Assembly (NCBI GenBank): GCA_964016885.1
Contig: OZ024742.1
Location: forward strand, 356,066,001-356,130,000
Direction: 5' to 3'
Source of the DNA: Eledone cirrhosa
Taxonomy: Eukaryota
DNA length: 64,000 bases
Shown here: positions 42,208 to 55,882 of the stretch, piece after piece
How the letters are laid out: the number at the start of each line of letters is the position of its first letter
How positions within the stretch are numbered: position 1 is the first letter of the stretch
Program-made: the position numbers and the translations under genes
Notes under the pieces: model-generated
What the model was told of the DNA's origin: nothing
Seen by the model: the letters and a program-made list of their open reading frames with translations, nothing else
The model's database searches: none

Positions 42208-42405
42208 AGATCAGAGCAAACAGCACGGACACTCTATCTCAAAATTATTTTTGAAAAGCATTTAGAAATGCGCAACCGGTAAAAACTTAAAAACTTAAAA
42301 CCACAACTGAATACTAACCCATACAATCACTAATACTCTTTTATTCCTAATTAAACCATTTTTCAACTGTGAACAATTTGTCAGCATTTTCTATTCCGTT
42401 TACCT
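42208..42405 (+). mobile_element. (TA)n-inserted small element with a variant hammerhead
   Basis: TTGAAAA 42251-42257, GCATT/AATGC stem, GCAA, CCGG, TA; homologous to 16235-16394. Confidence 0.75.
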
Positions 42406-42420
42406 ATATATGTATATATG

Positions 42421-42451
<31 letters not shown>

Positions 42452-42452
42452 G

Positions 42453-42502
<50 letters not shown>

Positions 42503-42514
42503 TGTATATATATG

Positions 42515-42573
<59 letters not shown>

Positions 42574-42592
42574 GTATATGTATATATATGTA

Positions 42593-42623
<31 letters not shown>

Positions 42624-42644
42624 ATATATGTATATATATATATG

Positions 42645-42707
<63 letters not shown>

Positions 42708-42722
42708 GTTTATATATATATG

Positions 42723-42762
<40 letters not shown>

Positions 42763-42854
42763 TATGTATGTACATATATATATATGTTTATATATATATG
42801 TATATATATATATATATATGTATGTACATATATATATATGTTTATATATATATG

Positions 42855-42896
<42 letters not shown>

Positions 42897-43056
42897 TGTA
42901 TGTACATATATATATGTGTATATATATATATTTATATATATAGATATGTATGTATATATATGTATATATATGTATATATATATATTTATATATATATATG
43001 TATGTATATATATGTATATATGTATATATATATGTATATATGTATATATATATATG

Positions 43057-43182
<126 letters not shown>

Positions 43183-43207
43183 CATATATATACATATATA
43201 TATATAC

Positions 43208-43374
<167 letters not shown>

Positions 43375-43396
43375 CATATATATACATATATATACA

Positions 43397-43429
<33 letters not shown>

Positions 43430-43618
43430 TATATATATGTTCATATATATATACATATATATATATATATACATATATATCATATATATATATACATATA
43501 TATATATATACATATATATACATATATACATATATATATATGTATATATATATATATGTGTATATATATATATATATATGTATGTATATATATGTATATA
43601 TATATGTATATATATATG

Positions 43619-43651
<33 letters not shown>

Positions 43652-43742
43652 GTGTATATATGTATATATATATATGTATGTATATATATGTATATATATA
43701 TGTATATATATATGTATATATATGTATATATGTATATATATG

Positions 43743-43825
<83 letters not shown>

Positions 43826-43846
43826 GTATATATATGTATATATATG

Positions 43847-43929
<83 letters not shown>

Positions 43930-43966
43930 GTATATATATGTATATATATGTATATATATATATATG

Positions 43967-43998
<32 letters not shown>

Positions 43999-44042
43999 TG
44001 TATATATATGTATATATATATATATGTATATGTATATATATG

Positions 44043-44073
<31 letters not shown>

Positions 44074-44278
44074 GTATATGTATATATATGTATATATATA
44101 TATATGTATATGTATATATATGTATATATATATATATGTATATGTATATATATGTATATATATATATATGTATATGTATATATATATATATGTATATATA
44201 TGTATATATATATATATGTATATATATGTATATATATATATATGTATATGTATGTATATATATATATATGTATGTATG

Positions 44279-44309
<31 letters not shown>

Positions 44310-44867
44310 GTGTATATATATATATATGTGTATATATATATATGTATATATATGTATATATATATGTGTATATATATATATGTATATATATGTATATATA
44401 TATGTGTATATATATATATGTATATATATGTATATATATATGTGTATATATATATGTATATATATGTATATATATATGTGTATATATATGTGTATATATA
44501 TATGTATATATATGTATATATATATATATATGTATATATGTATATATGTATATATGTATATATATATATGTATATATGTATATATGTATATATATGTATA
44601 TATATGTATATATGTATATATATGTATATATATGTATATATATGTATATATATGTATATATATGTATATATATGTATATATGTATATATATGTATATATA
44701 TGTATATATATGTATATATATGTATATATATGTATATATATGTATATATATGTATATATATGTATATATGTATATATGTATATATATGTATATATATGTA
44801 TATATATGTATATATATGTATATATATGTATATATATGTATATATGTGTATATATGTATATATATGT

Positions 44868-44928
<61 letters not shown>

Positions 44929-45058
44929 TGTATGTATATGTATGTATGTATATGTATGTATGTATGTATATATATATATATGTATGTATGTATATATATA
45001 TATATGTATGTATGTATATATGTATGTATGTATATATATATGTATATATATGTATATG

Positions 45059-45103
<45 letters not shown>

Positions 45104-45138
45104 GTATGTATGTATATATGTATGTATGTATATATATG

Positions 45139-45546
45139 GAGAGATGACCCCTTAGCCTTTGTCAAGGCAGAATTCTAGGAGAAGGAAAACTCTGATATAA
45201 CACCTGCAATCCTGATGGTATCCAATGATGTTGACTTGTTCTTCTTTTTGGTAAATATCATCTTGGTTAAGAGAGTGGGACTGGCTTTGTGCAGTGCCTT
45301 TGCTCACTATAAAAGCTTCACAGCACAGGCATTGCTTTATATCTGGAGATCTCTCTGCACTTGCCGTCACATGGTACCATGGGCCCTGCACTATGTGTCA
45401 ATAATGGTCACAAGTGTAGTCTTTGTACCAGAGTTTTCAAGTCGCTGGCTGGACTAAAAAGTCACATTCGTTCAGCGCATCGGTAGGGGTTCTCCTACAT
45501 GGATATAAAGTAGTGGCCGTACTCGAAAACGAGTTGGCAGCCACCA
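45139..45546 (+). mobile_element. Bipartite non-autonomous RTE derivative (5'-UTR-like head + ORF 3' end/3' UTR)
   Basis: Head shared with 14920-15130; encodes terminal C2H2 [23 protein letters not shown]; flanked by (TA)n. Confidence 0.75.
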
Positions 45547-46018
<472 letters not shown>

Positions 46019-46020
46019 AA

Positions 46021-46765
46021 AAAACCAATAATAATGAGTTCAAATCTCATCAGGCGATCATTTACAATGAAATAGCTCGAAGATAGAGTATTTCTGAGCC
46101 GTGTAACATAGGTAACATAAATGAATATATTTGATAACACAAATACCCTCATATTTATGTTTGTATTGTAAATGACCAAGTTAGCTAGATGGAAAATACG
46201 GCATATATATTACACGGCTCAGAAATACTCTTTCTTGGAGCTATTTCATTGTAAATGATCGCCTGAGATTTGAACTCATTATTATTGATTTTAACTGCTC
46301 CTTCGTTGAGCTGAATTTAGCCCATACAAACGGCTGTTATTTCTAGCAGCACGAGTATGTGGCTAGCCAGACACTGGATAACCGCATGAGGTTACCTCGT
46401 GCGCTAAACAGTCTTGCTAAATATTTTGAAGTGGAACATACCAATTTTTATAGTGCTTGCTGAGGAGATCAAAATGCGGTATTTTCTGCCACTTTTTCAT
46501 TATTATTCGAAACATATTTGGATTTTAAGGTTTAAACCTGTCTACGGAACAGGTTTGATTTTGAAATTTAAATTTGTCCAAGCACTACGGCCATTGCCAA
46601 TACAATTTGTTTTTATTGATTTATGATGTATTATCTTAAGTCATGATAGGCAAACTGTAATATTATTATTAGTATATTTCTATCTAGCTAACTTGGTAAT
46701 TTACAATACAAACATAAATATGAGGATATTTGTGTTTATCAAATATATTGATTTATGTTAACCTA
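46021..46765 (+). mobile_element. Non-coding hammerhead-bearing element with split inverted repeats A-B-A'-C-B'
   Basis: 46021-46106 inverts 46210-46292; 46108-46199 inverts 46672-46765; flanked by (TA)n. Confidence 0.85.
46451..46587 (+). ncRNA. Type I hammerhead ribozyme with long stem III
   Basis: Stem I TAGTGCTTG/CAAGCACTA (9 bp perfect); CTGAGGA 46460-46466; G..C-closed stem II; GAAAC 46509-46513; ~27-bp stem III with G-U pairs; GTC triplet 46576-46578. Confidence 0.85.
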
Positions 46766-46771
46766 TATATA

Positions 46772-46820
<49 letters not shown>

Positions 46821-46844
46821 CATACATATATATATATATAGTTT

Positions 46845-46875
<31 letters not shown>

Positions 46876-46990
46876 GAACAAATAAGACCCCCGGGGTCTT
46901 ATTTGTTCCTATTACCCACTCTACTACCCTAAGTATTGAGTACTTTGGTGCGTTATGGTCCACCTGGTTCCTTACCACATTTCCTTCGTT
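46876..46990 (+). mobile_element. Mini fold-back element (16-bp palindrome + conserved ~80-bp tail)
   Basis: GAACAAATAAGACCCC-C-GGGGTCTTATTTGTTC, then a tail highly similar to 60831-60912. Confidence 0.8.
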
Positions 46991-47497
<507 letters not shown>

Positions 47498-48245
47498 AGT
47501 AATAATAATACATTTGAAGACTAATATCCAAAGAGTGCTCGATAAGGATAAATATATATCAAATATATAAGAACGGTAGTGCAAATATTTATTTATTTAT
47601 ATACGTTTATTTAATTATTTATTTAGTTGTATACACGTGCACACACACACATATTTATATGTGCGTGGTTTTGTATACCTATGGTAAGTGTTTTCGCGTA
47701 TGCTTGTGTATGTACGTATTTGTATGCGTGTATGTATTTATATAATTTCTATTACCTCTGTATTGTATTTATTTACTTTATTCTTAACTCTGAAGCGGAG
47801 ATTCATTTGGTCTCCTAGTTAGAATTTTAGTCTACGACTTCTGCTATACCTTTTACGTGGTTTTGTCTTCGCGTGCAATTGTTCTCCACGGTCCACATAT
47901 GACGTATTATCTTCGTGTTTTTCGTTCATTGCCAGAGAACGTCTCTATGCACCACCTAAGAGAACATTAGTCTACGACCTCTTTTATACCATAAACGTGG
48001 TTCTGTCTTTGCGCGTAATTGTTTTTCTCCGTTCCTATTAATGACGTATTATATTCGTTTTTTCCCGTTCTTTGCCAGGGAAGGTTTCCACGAACCAAAG
48101 TATCGTCTTCCTGTCTTCCTCTGGTTGCAACGTTTTTTGAAATATCCACTTCTGCGTTTACAGATTGACTTTGTTAGTTTCAGAAGATCCCGTTAAGGGT
48201 GAAAGCATCCATTCATTGCTTAAACTTTAATCTGTTATTTTAATA
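47498..48245. mobile_element. (TA)n-inserted element with inverted terminal segment and internal ~141-bp diverged tandem duplication
   Basis: Both ends match the 1800-2016 element; TTAGTCTACGAC..TATACC..ACGTGGTT..TGACGTATTAT..TTGCCAG occurs at ~47827 and ~47967. Confidence 0.7.
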
Positions 48246-48278
48246 TATATATATTGGCAACATGACCCTCCCAAAGTA

Positions 48279-48335
<57 letters not shown>

Positions 48336-48559
48336 GTTCATATATATATATATATTGAAGCAACGTCTTGAAGTGACAATTCCACTCACATAATCCACGT
48401 TTGTGTGAGTGTATGTTTTGTTCAGTATATGTCCTTTTGTCCATTGACCTTATCATTTAAATCACTTTCCCTGATCCTCACCCCCATCACCTACGCATTT
48501 TAAATGCATTGTCACTTGATAGAAACATTTACCCCCAACCCCCTTATCTTCACTTTACT

Positions 48560-48648
48560 TTCTCCCAAACTAATCACACCAACTCCCGAACTACTCATGC
48601 ATCGACTCCCGAACTACTCGTGCGCCGACTCCCAAACTACTCACGTGC
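48560..48648. repeat. 23-bp tandem repeat (3-4 copies) in a CT-rich PLE-3'-like segment
   Basis: ACTCCCRAACTACTC at 48582, 48605 and 48628. Confidence 0.85.
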
Positions 48649-49084
48649 TTCTCTTTTACTATCTCTCCCCGCATATATACACTCACATTACTTGTTCACA
48701 TCTTCCTTTTCTCAGGTATTAGGCTCTGTATTCTTTCTCTCCAAAGGAGGACATATTTCTGAAACGTTGAATGTTTCACTTCTTACAGCAAATCAACTCA
48801 CTGTAATTGAGATTGCTAGTGATCAATGTAGATCACTAGCAATCTCATTTAATTTTGACAGGTAATCTGTACAGAATGTTTTGTTTTGTAGTGTTGTACA
48901 TTTTCCTTTCTTATAGAATAAATGTTTAGTCATGCCAGACTGCAATGTTGCTATTTCCATTGGAACATTCTAAGCTGTTCCTTTGTAAAATTTGATGATA
49001 TATGAGGTGAGTTGAAATAAAACTGGTTATAAGAGGTTGCAGATTTGTGGAAATGAAGTGATTACTCTGGTTAGGATTGTAATC

Positions 49085-49360
49085 CAAATACCGGTCACTC
49101 TCTGACAGGTTTGCGGTCATACCCTTCGCAGTGGAGACTTCAGGTGTCCTCGGCCCTATGGCTACCTCCCTACTCACCACCATAGGCGCTGAGCTGGCCA
49201 GCTGCAGGTGTGAGCCCCGCAAGTTGGAATGGCTTTTCCAGCACGTCTCACTTGCAGTGCTCCGGGGAAACGCCTTCTCCATTCTGTTCGCCAGGGCTAT
49301 TGGAAGGCCACCAATATGATTGACCGAATTGTCATTTTATCAGTCAACTGTTGCTGATAA
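49085..49360 (+). mobile_element. CRE-like RLE non-LTR 3' fragment
   Basis: KYRSLSDRFAVIPFAVETSGVLG...WLFQHVSLAVLRGNAFSIL. Confidence 0.8.
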
Positions 49361-49654
49361 GTAGGTATCTGTTGATGAATGTTGATACTCAAATGGTTAA
49401 TAACTGGGGCTGCAAGGGAAAAGAAAATGTGGTAGTAGTAGTAGTTTAAGGAAGACTTGAGCAGAGAAGATGAGAAGAATGAAAAGAGACAAGTGGAAGT
49501 ATGCTGTGGTGGAGAGGAATTATCATGGATATGTGGGAAAATAGATTAAACGATGATGCTGATACATAATGCCTCACAGGTTGTTACCATTTTATTTTTT
49601 AGATTGAACAGAGAGGGGAGGCTGAAACCTCAGTTAAGGTTGACAGGTGACATT

Positions 49655-49838
49655 AATAATTCTTTCTACTTTTTGGCACAAGGCCAGCAATTATCCAGTG
49701 CATTACTGGTACTTTATTTTATCGACAACCGTAAGGATGAAAGGCAAAGATAACCTCGGCGGGATTTGAACTCAGAATGGCAAGGGCCGTAACTCTATGC
49801 ATCAAAGCATGGTGTCCGACCCTCTACCGATACTGTGA
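49655..49838 (-). mobile_element. SINE copy
   Basis: GTCGATAAAATAAAGTACC family; TTAATAAT TSD. Confidence 0.88.
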
Positions 49839-50515
49839 AATTAATAATGTTTGATGGCCCTACTGATTGGTAACACTTTTATCTGCGCATGCACACTCAC
49901 CAAAACAAACGCATGCTAATATACATATATAGTCAGTAAGATTCAGACAGTCAGTGTAGGAAAGCGAGGACACCATATTATGTAAAATGGATCTTAACTC
50001 TTGTCCTATACTGATTCAGCAGAAAATATAAACATTTGAATCAACAAATCTGTTAGATATTATCTTGTCTAGTTGACAGATTGTGAAAATTAAAGACTTT
50101 CATTTTAAATGGTGCAGTCATGTTGTTGCTTTGTACTTTTTAAGGATATCTGGCTAATGTGGTTTTATGTAGTACAGGACATTGAGTTAATTTCCAATAA
50201 GATAAATGCCATTATCTGAGGAGACACAGGATGGCTTGGATTAACAACTATTGGTAAATAGAAGAGATTTCATAGATTTGTTTTGAAGAGAGATACACAA
50301 TCTTGACAAAGGGGAATAAACCAGAAACAATATTATTGTTGATTGTTTCTCTCTGTCAACAAAAGGATGATAATGGTAATCTAAAACACATGTGCTGAAT
50401 CTGTTTGCTTGCAAACAAATGGAAGATTATTATTATTAAACATACAACTCACAAATGCATTTAAGTATCCACTGTGTTAGGGTGAAAAACTAAGTTAAGG
50501 TTGACAGGTGACATT

Positions 50516-50700
50516 AATAATTGTTTCTACTTTTGGCACAAGGCCAGCAATTACTCAGTGCGGTACTGGTACTTTATTTTATCGACCCTGTAAGATTGAA
50601 AGGCAAAGCTAACCTCGACAGGATTTGAACTCAGCGCATAAAGGGCTGTAACTCTATGCCACTAAGCTAGTTGTCTGACGCTCAACCAATTCTGCCAATG
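50516..50700 (-). mobile_element. SINE copy
   Basis: Same family. Confidence 0.85.
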
Positions 50701-50842
50701 CACCTATATATTGATAATAGCAGAAGGTATGATTGATTTAAACTAGTGGTACATAATTTAAACAGCTGTAGTTTAAATTTGTCACCAGTAAAATTTGACT
50801 ATATTTTGCAACATAAATATAAACTTATTACATTATATGTTG

Positions 50843-51250
50843 TGGATTGGCAGTATCAGTAGAGGGTCGGATGCCATGCTTTCCAGCATAGTTACGTCCC
50901 TTTACGGTCTGAGTTCAAATCCCGTCGAGGTTAACTTTGCCTTTCATCCTTATGGGGTCGATAAAATAAAGTACTAGTAATGCACTGGATAATTGCTGGC
51001 CTTGTGCCAAATGTAGAAACAATTATATGTTGTACAAGGCTGGTGGATTGGCAGAATCTGTAGTGTCAGTCAAAAGGATTTGTGGTATTTAGTTACGGCC
51101 CTTTACATTCTGAGTTCAAATTCTGCTGAAGTTAGCTTTGCCTTTCATCCTTCCAGGGTTGATAAAATACCAGTAACATACTGGTTTGATTTAATCGACT
51201 TTTCCCTCCTCTGAAATTGTTGGCATTGAGCCTAAATCAGAAACCATTCA
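50843..51250 (+). mobile_element. Two tandem SINE copies
   Basis: First copy is flanked by TSD ATTATATGTTGT. Confidence 0.85.
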
Positions 51251-51252
51251 TA

Positions 51253-51596
51253 ATCATCATCATCATCATCATCATTTTACGTCTGCTTCTCCCTGCTTGC
51301 AAGGGTGGGACGGGAACTGATTCTGGCTTGATTTCTATAGCTGGATGCCCTTCCTAACACCAACCTCATTTACAGTGAGTGCTGGGTGCTTTTTTTGCCG
51401 TGGCACCTCCACGACCACTTTGCAGTGGAATGATAGGGACCCCTTGTCCTTATCTCATTTCTACAGCTGAGTAAACTGGAGCAATGTGAAATAAAGTGTC
51501 TTGCTCAAGGAAACAACACATCACCCGGTCTGAGAATTGAACTCACAACCTTTCGATTGCAAGGCCAATGCTCTAACCACTAAGCCATGTGCCTCC
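51253..51596 (-). mobile_element. tRNA-SINE with RTE tail
   Basis: Reverse complement of the 16472-16809 family. Confidence 0.9.
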
Positions 51597-51715
51597 ATTA
51601 CATACTGTAAAACACAGAAATTAGTGGTGGATTGGTACAGATGTTAGAGATAGACAAATACTTAGTGGTTATTATTGCAGCTCTTTATATTCTGATTGCA
51701 AATCCTACCTAGGTT

Positions 51716-51825
51716 CACACCTGCATGTAGTCAACTGTGTGCTGATGGTGGCAAGTAGGGAGTTGGTCCTAGAGCCAAGGACACCAGAAGTCTCCACTGC
51801 TACAAGCTCAACTGCAAACCTGGGG
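51716..51825 (-). mobile_element. CRE-like RLE fragment
   Basis: RFAVELVAVETSGVLGSRTNSLLATI, homologous to 49107-49210. Confidence 0.65.
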
Positions 51826-52023
51826 CCCAAAATACCAGTTAAATGTTGGTGTCAATATAATCTACTTTTGATCCTCCACTAAAATTATCTCCCTGTGCCA
51901 ATGTTAGAAATCATTAATTAGATGTTGGTATTTTCTATGATTGATTTCTACTTTTATATTGTTTCTAAGACTAATCATTTGTGGGAAAAGCAAAGCTGGT
52001 TAAATCAATCCTAATTCTATTGC

Positions 52024-52820
52024 ATTATTTCTGGATTCCGCCGAGGTTAACTTTGCCTTTCATCCTTACGGGGTCGATAAAATAAAGTTCCAGTAATTTA
52101 CTGGGTAATTGCTGGCCTTGTGCCAAAAGTAGAAACAATTATTTCTGGATTGGCAGTATCAGTAGAGGGTCGGACGCCATGCTTTCTAGCATAGAGTTAC
52201 GTCCCTTTATGGACTGAGTTCAAATCCCTCCAAGGTTAACTTTGCCTTTCATCCTTACGGGGTCGATAAAATAAAGTACCAGTAATGTACTGGGTAATTG
52301 CTGGCCTTGTGCCAAAAGTAGAAACAATTATTTCTTGGATTGGCAGTTTCGGTAGAGAGTCGGACGCCATGCTTTCCAACATAGTTGCGTCCCTTTACGA
52401 TCTGAGTTCAAATCCCGCCGAGGTTAACTTTGCTTTTCATCCTTACGGGGTCGATAACATAAAGTACCAGTAATGCTCTGGGTAATTGCTGGCCTTGCGC
52501 CTAAAGTAGAAACAATTATTTCTTGGTGGATTGGCAGTATCGGTAGAGCGTCAGACACCATGCTCTGATGCATAGTTACGACCCTTGCCATTCTGAGTTC
52601 AAATTCCACCGAGTTTAACTTTGCCTTTCATCCTTATGGACTCGATAAAATAGAGTACCAGTAATACACTGGTTAATTGCTGGCATTGTGCCAAAAGTAG
52701 AACCAATTATTTCTTGACACGCTGTGGTTAACTTTGCCTTTCATCCCTAAATAAAGTACCAGTAATGCACTGGGATGATTGCTGGCCTTATGCCAAATGT
52801 GGAAACAATTATTTCTTGAC
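52024..52820 (+). mobile_element. Head-to-tail array of five SINE copies
   Basis: Units separated by ATTATTTCT(T)G junctions and truncated at different 5' points. Confidence 0.92.
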
Positions 52821-53539
52821 TTGAGAAGGGTGGAAGGCAAAACTTACCTCAGTGACATTTGAACTGAGAATGTGAAGAGCCAGAACAAATGTTGTAAAGC
52901 ATTTTCTCTGATTTCTTCGTATCTACCAGCTAACATTTTCTAATTTTATTTACAATGTAAGTAAAGGCGTGTGGCTAATTGGTTAGAGAATTGGATTTGC
53001 ATTCATGAGGTTGTGAGTTTGATTTCTTGAACGGGAGTTGCATAATGTCCTTGATCAAGACCTTTTATTTCACATTACTTTTTCTCTCAGAATTTGCAAG
53101 TGGTAAATATCAGCAATGGAAAGATCAATGGAAACATTGTTTTCTTGGTCTGATTTGGAGAGTTACAGTCCACTTGGTAAGCGAATGATATCTTAGATAT
53201 TGTTGATTGTATCAAAAAGAAAATATTTACAATTTTCTTTTAATCTACATTTCATTTAGTTTGATCTTGAATCATTCCCATATATCTCATTCCTGAAGAT
53301 GTGTATATAATTCTAGGCCAATATATTTCCAAGCCAGCAGTGTATATATAATTATTATTACATCTTCAGCTTATTTAAATTTATCTTTCAGTAATGGCAT
53401 ATCTACTGAACTAATGCAGTGGCATGAGAAAACATTAAATATTTTATTTCTTAGTCCATGAAGGAAACTTTATTTCATGTTTTCCTTTCCTACAAACATT
53501 TACAATATTGAACAAAAATGCTCTGTAACAATGAATTGG

Positions 53540-53805
53540 CTTCACCCATTTATTCCTGAGAGTCATGGTGGCAGAGACCTCAAACACTCCTTCCAGTGGG
53601 TCCTGTCAGAAGCAACAGTCTCCAATTGCTTTGTTTGGATCCTCAAGCGGGACCAGTCAAGCTCATGAAATATTATCAAACCACCTTGCTTGGGGTCTAC
53701 ACCTGGCTCTCCTGCCAATTTTGTTTGCCCATAAAATCTGTCCAGGGATTCTTTTCTGAGACATTCTAACCACATGTCTATAGTATCGGAGCTGTGATTT
53801 CTCAA
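53540..53805 (-). mobile_element. Decayed RTE-type LINE 3' fragment (third lineage)
   Basis: ASDRTHWKECLRSLPP; homologous to 55250-55757 and 60170-60550. Confidence 0.7.
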
Positions 53806-53977
53806 TTCGTTTTCTTCAGACACAGCGATTTATTAAAATAAATAGCCAGCCATCATAAAAGTAAGTGGAGAATTATGAGACTTGTGAGAGCAGATTAAAA
53901 ATACCTCAGTATTTGTTCATGCTCACTGTGCTCTGAGTTCATCTTGCCAAAGTCAACATAACCTATTATTATTTCAA

Positions 53978-54170
53978 GGCGGTGAGTTGGCAGTATTGGT
54001 AGAGGGTCAGACGCCATGCTTTGCAGCATAGAGGTACGGCCCTTTGCGGTCTGAGTTCAAATCACGCCGAGGTTAACTTTGCCTTTCATCCTTATGTGGT
54101 CGATAAAATAAAGTACCAGTAATACTCTGGAATAATTGATGGCCTTGTGCCAAAAGTAGAAACAATTATT
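53978..54170 (+). mobile_element. Full-length SINE copy
   Basis: GGCGGTGAGTTGGCAG head; TSD ATTATTTCAAG. Confidence 0.9.
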
Positions 54171-54358
54171 TCAAGATCAATAAGATACGAGTTCAATAAT
54201 TGTAACTTTTTCTTTAAGAGATTCTCTTGCTATTGTCTCACTAAGAGAGCTTATTTAATAAGATTTCTCAGAAAACTTTCAACATAGGTGTTTTCAACCA
54301 TGTAGCATGAAATAGAGAAAAAGGCAAATAATATCTTGATACATTATTATAGATAATC

Positions 54359-54497
54359 ATAGTTACCTCCCTTTACGATCTGAGTTCAAATCCCGCCGAG
54401 GTTGACTTTGCCTTTCATCCTTACAGGGTCGATAAAATAAAGTACCAGTAATGCACTGGGTAATTGCTGGCCTTGTGCCTAAAGTAGAAACAATTAT
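54359..54497 (+). mobile_element. 5'-truncated SINE copy
   Basis: TSD ATTATTATAGATAATC. Confidence 0.9.
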
Positions 54498-55249
54498 TAT
54501 AGATAATCTTCTCTAGAAGGCTAAGGAAATTTTGTTTCTTTCTGCTTTATACAAGAGATTACATCTTACATAAATTTCAATTATTTTTGTGCACTATAGT
54601 TAATAATTAAGTTCTCGTGACCTTGGTTTCATTTCTAGTTATTTCCTACAATCTGAAGTATAAACAGCCTCTTCTAAAACAAAAATCTCAAGATTTTTAA
54701 TAGAAAAACAATGGCCTAGAATAATGATTTCTTTCTACAGGCAATGTTTGCAACAAAGATCTTAATCAGCAAAGAATATATCTTTTCCATTTTACTACTC
54801 AAACTGATGGGTTTCTAATTTTCAAAAGTTGAATATATTTAGAAATACCAATTATAGACAAGATATTATTTATGTCATAGCCTTTAGTCAATTTTAGAAC
54901 AAACATCTGATTTTCATTTTTTCTGGTGCTTTTTAGATAACATTCCTGCTTCGAAAATATGAAATAGAAAAAAAAACTATTTCCATTGAGATATTGTACA
55001 TTTTCTTTAAAATATAAATATAAAATAAACAAACATTCAGCCATATCTGAACATTTTAATCTTGAAGCCCTGTATTTGTAATCCCTTTTAACCTTATTTT
55101 ATTTCAAATAGAAAAATCTTAACTAGCAGAGCAGAGTTAGATTAATTTTTATTTTGTATAGGGCAGATGTTTGTCATTTTTTAAATCATAATTCTTCTCA
55201 TGTGCTCTTGTGATAATTTTAATTAATTTCCGTTAAGTTTTGCGGGAAT

Positions 55250-55757
55250 TGGTGCAGCAATGCACCAGCTTTAGCATTCAGTAACCAGAAGAAGGGAGGT
55301 AGTTGTAAAAGCCAAGCTTGCTATCTTCAATTCAGTATTTGTGCCAAACCTTACCTATGGGTGTGAATCTTGGGTAATGACCAAAAGTATATGATTTCAA
55401 ATACAAGTGGCTGAAATGGGATTTCTTCAAAGGGTCTTTGGAGTAACATTACTTGAAAGAGTGCATAGCTCCAATATAAGAGAGTTGCTTCAGGTAAAGC
55501 TGCTACTTATCTGAATTAAGAGAGTACAGATCTGGTACTCTGGTATGAGTTTAGAATGTCTCAGGAAAGAACCATTGAATAGATTTTACAGGCAAACCCA
55601 ACCAGCAGGAGACCCAGCTGTAGATCACGAGTAAGATGGTGGATAACATCCATGAGTTTGGCTGGTATCACTTCGGGTCCAGCAGGATCAGCTTGAGATG
55701 TTTGCTTCAACAGAACCAACTGGAAGGAGTGTTTGATAACTCTGCCCCATGACCCTT
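55250..55757 (+). mobile_element. Decayed RTE (Expander/Rex3-like) LINE 3' fragment
   Basis: AKLAIFNSVFVPNLTYGCESWVMTK..IQVAEMGFLQRVFGVTLLERVHSSNIRELL. Confidence 0.8.
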
Positions 55758-55882
55758 TCAAAAATATGTTGAAGGTTTTGTGGGGTTTTTTGGGGGTTTT
55801 TTTTACATAAAAAAATAATCTTTCCGTGATTGCCATAGCCATATTTTGTGCCATGAATAAGACAATAATAAACATATATATC

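Noticed and set aside
52024-52820. CRISPR-like periodic array
   Set aside because: Units are ~100-190-bp SINEs in a eukaryotic context with no cas genes.
54730-54830. Possible exon after TTCTTTCTACAG
   Set aside because: No donor site or recognisable peptide before the stop.
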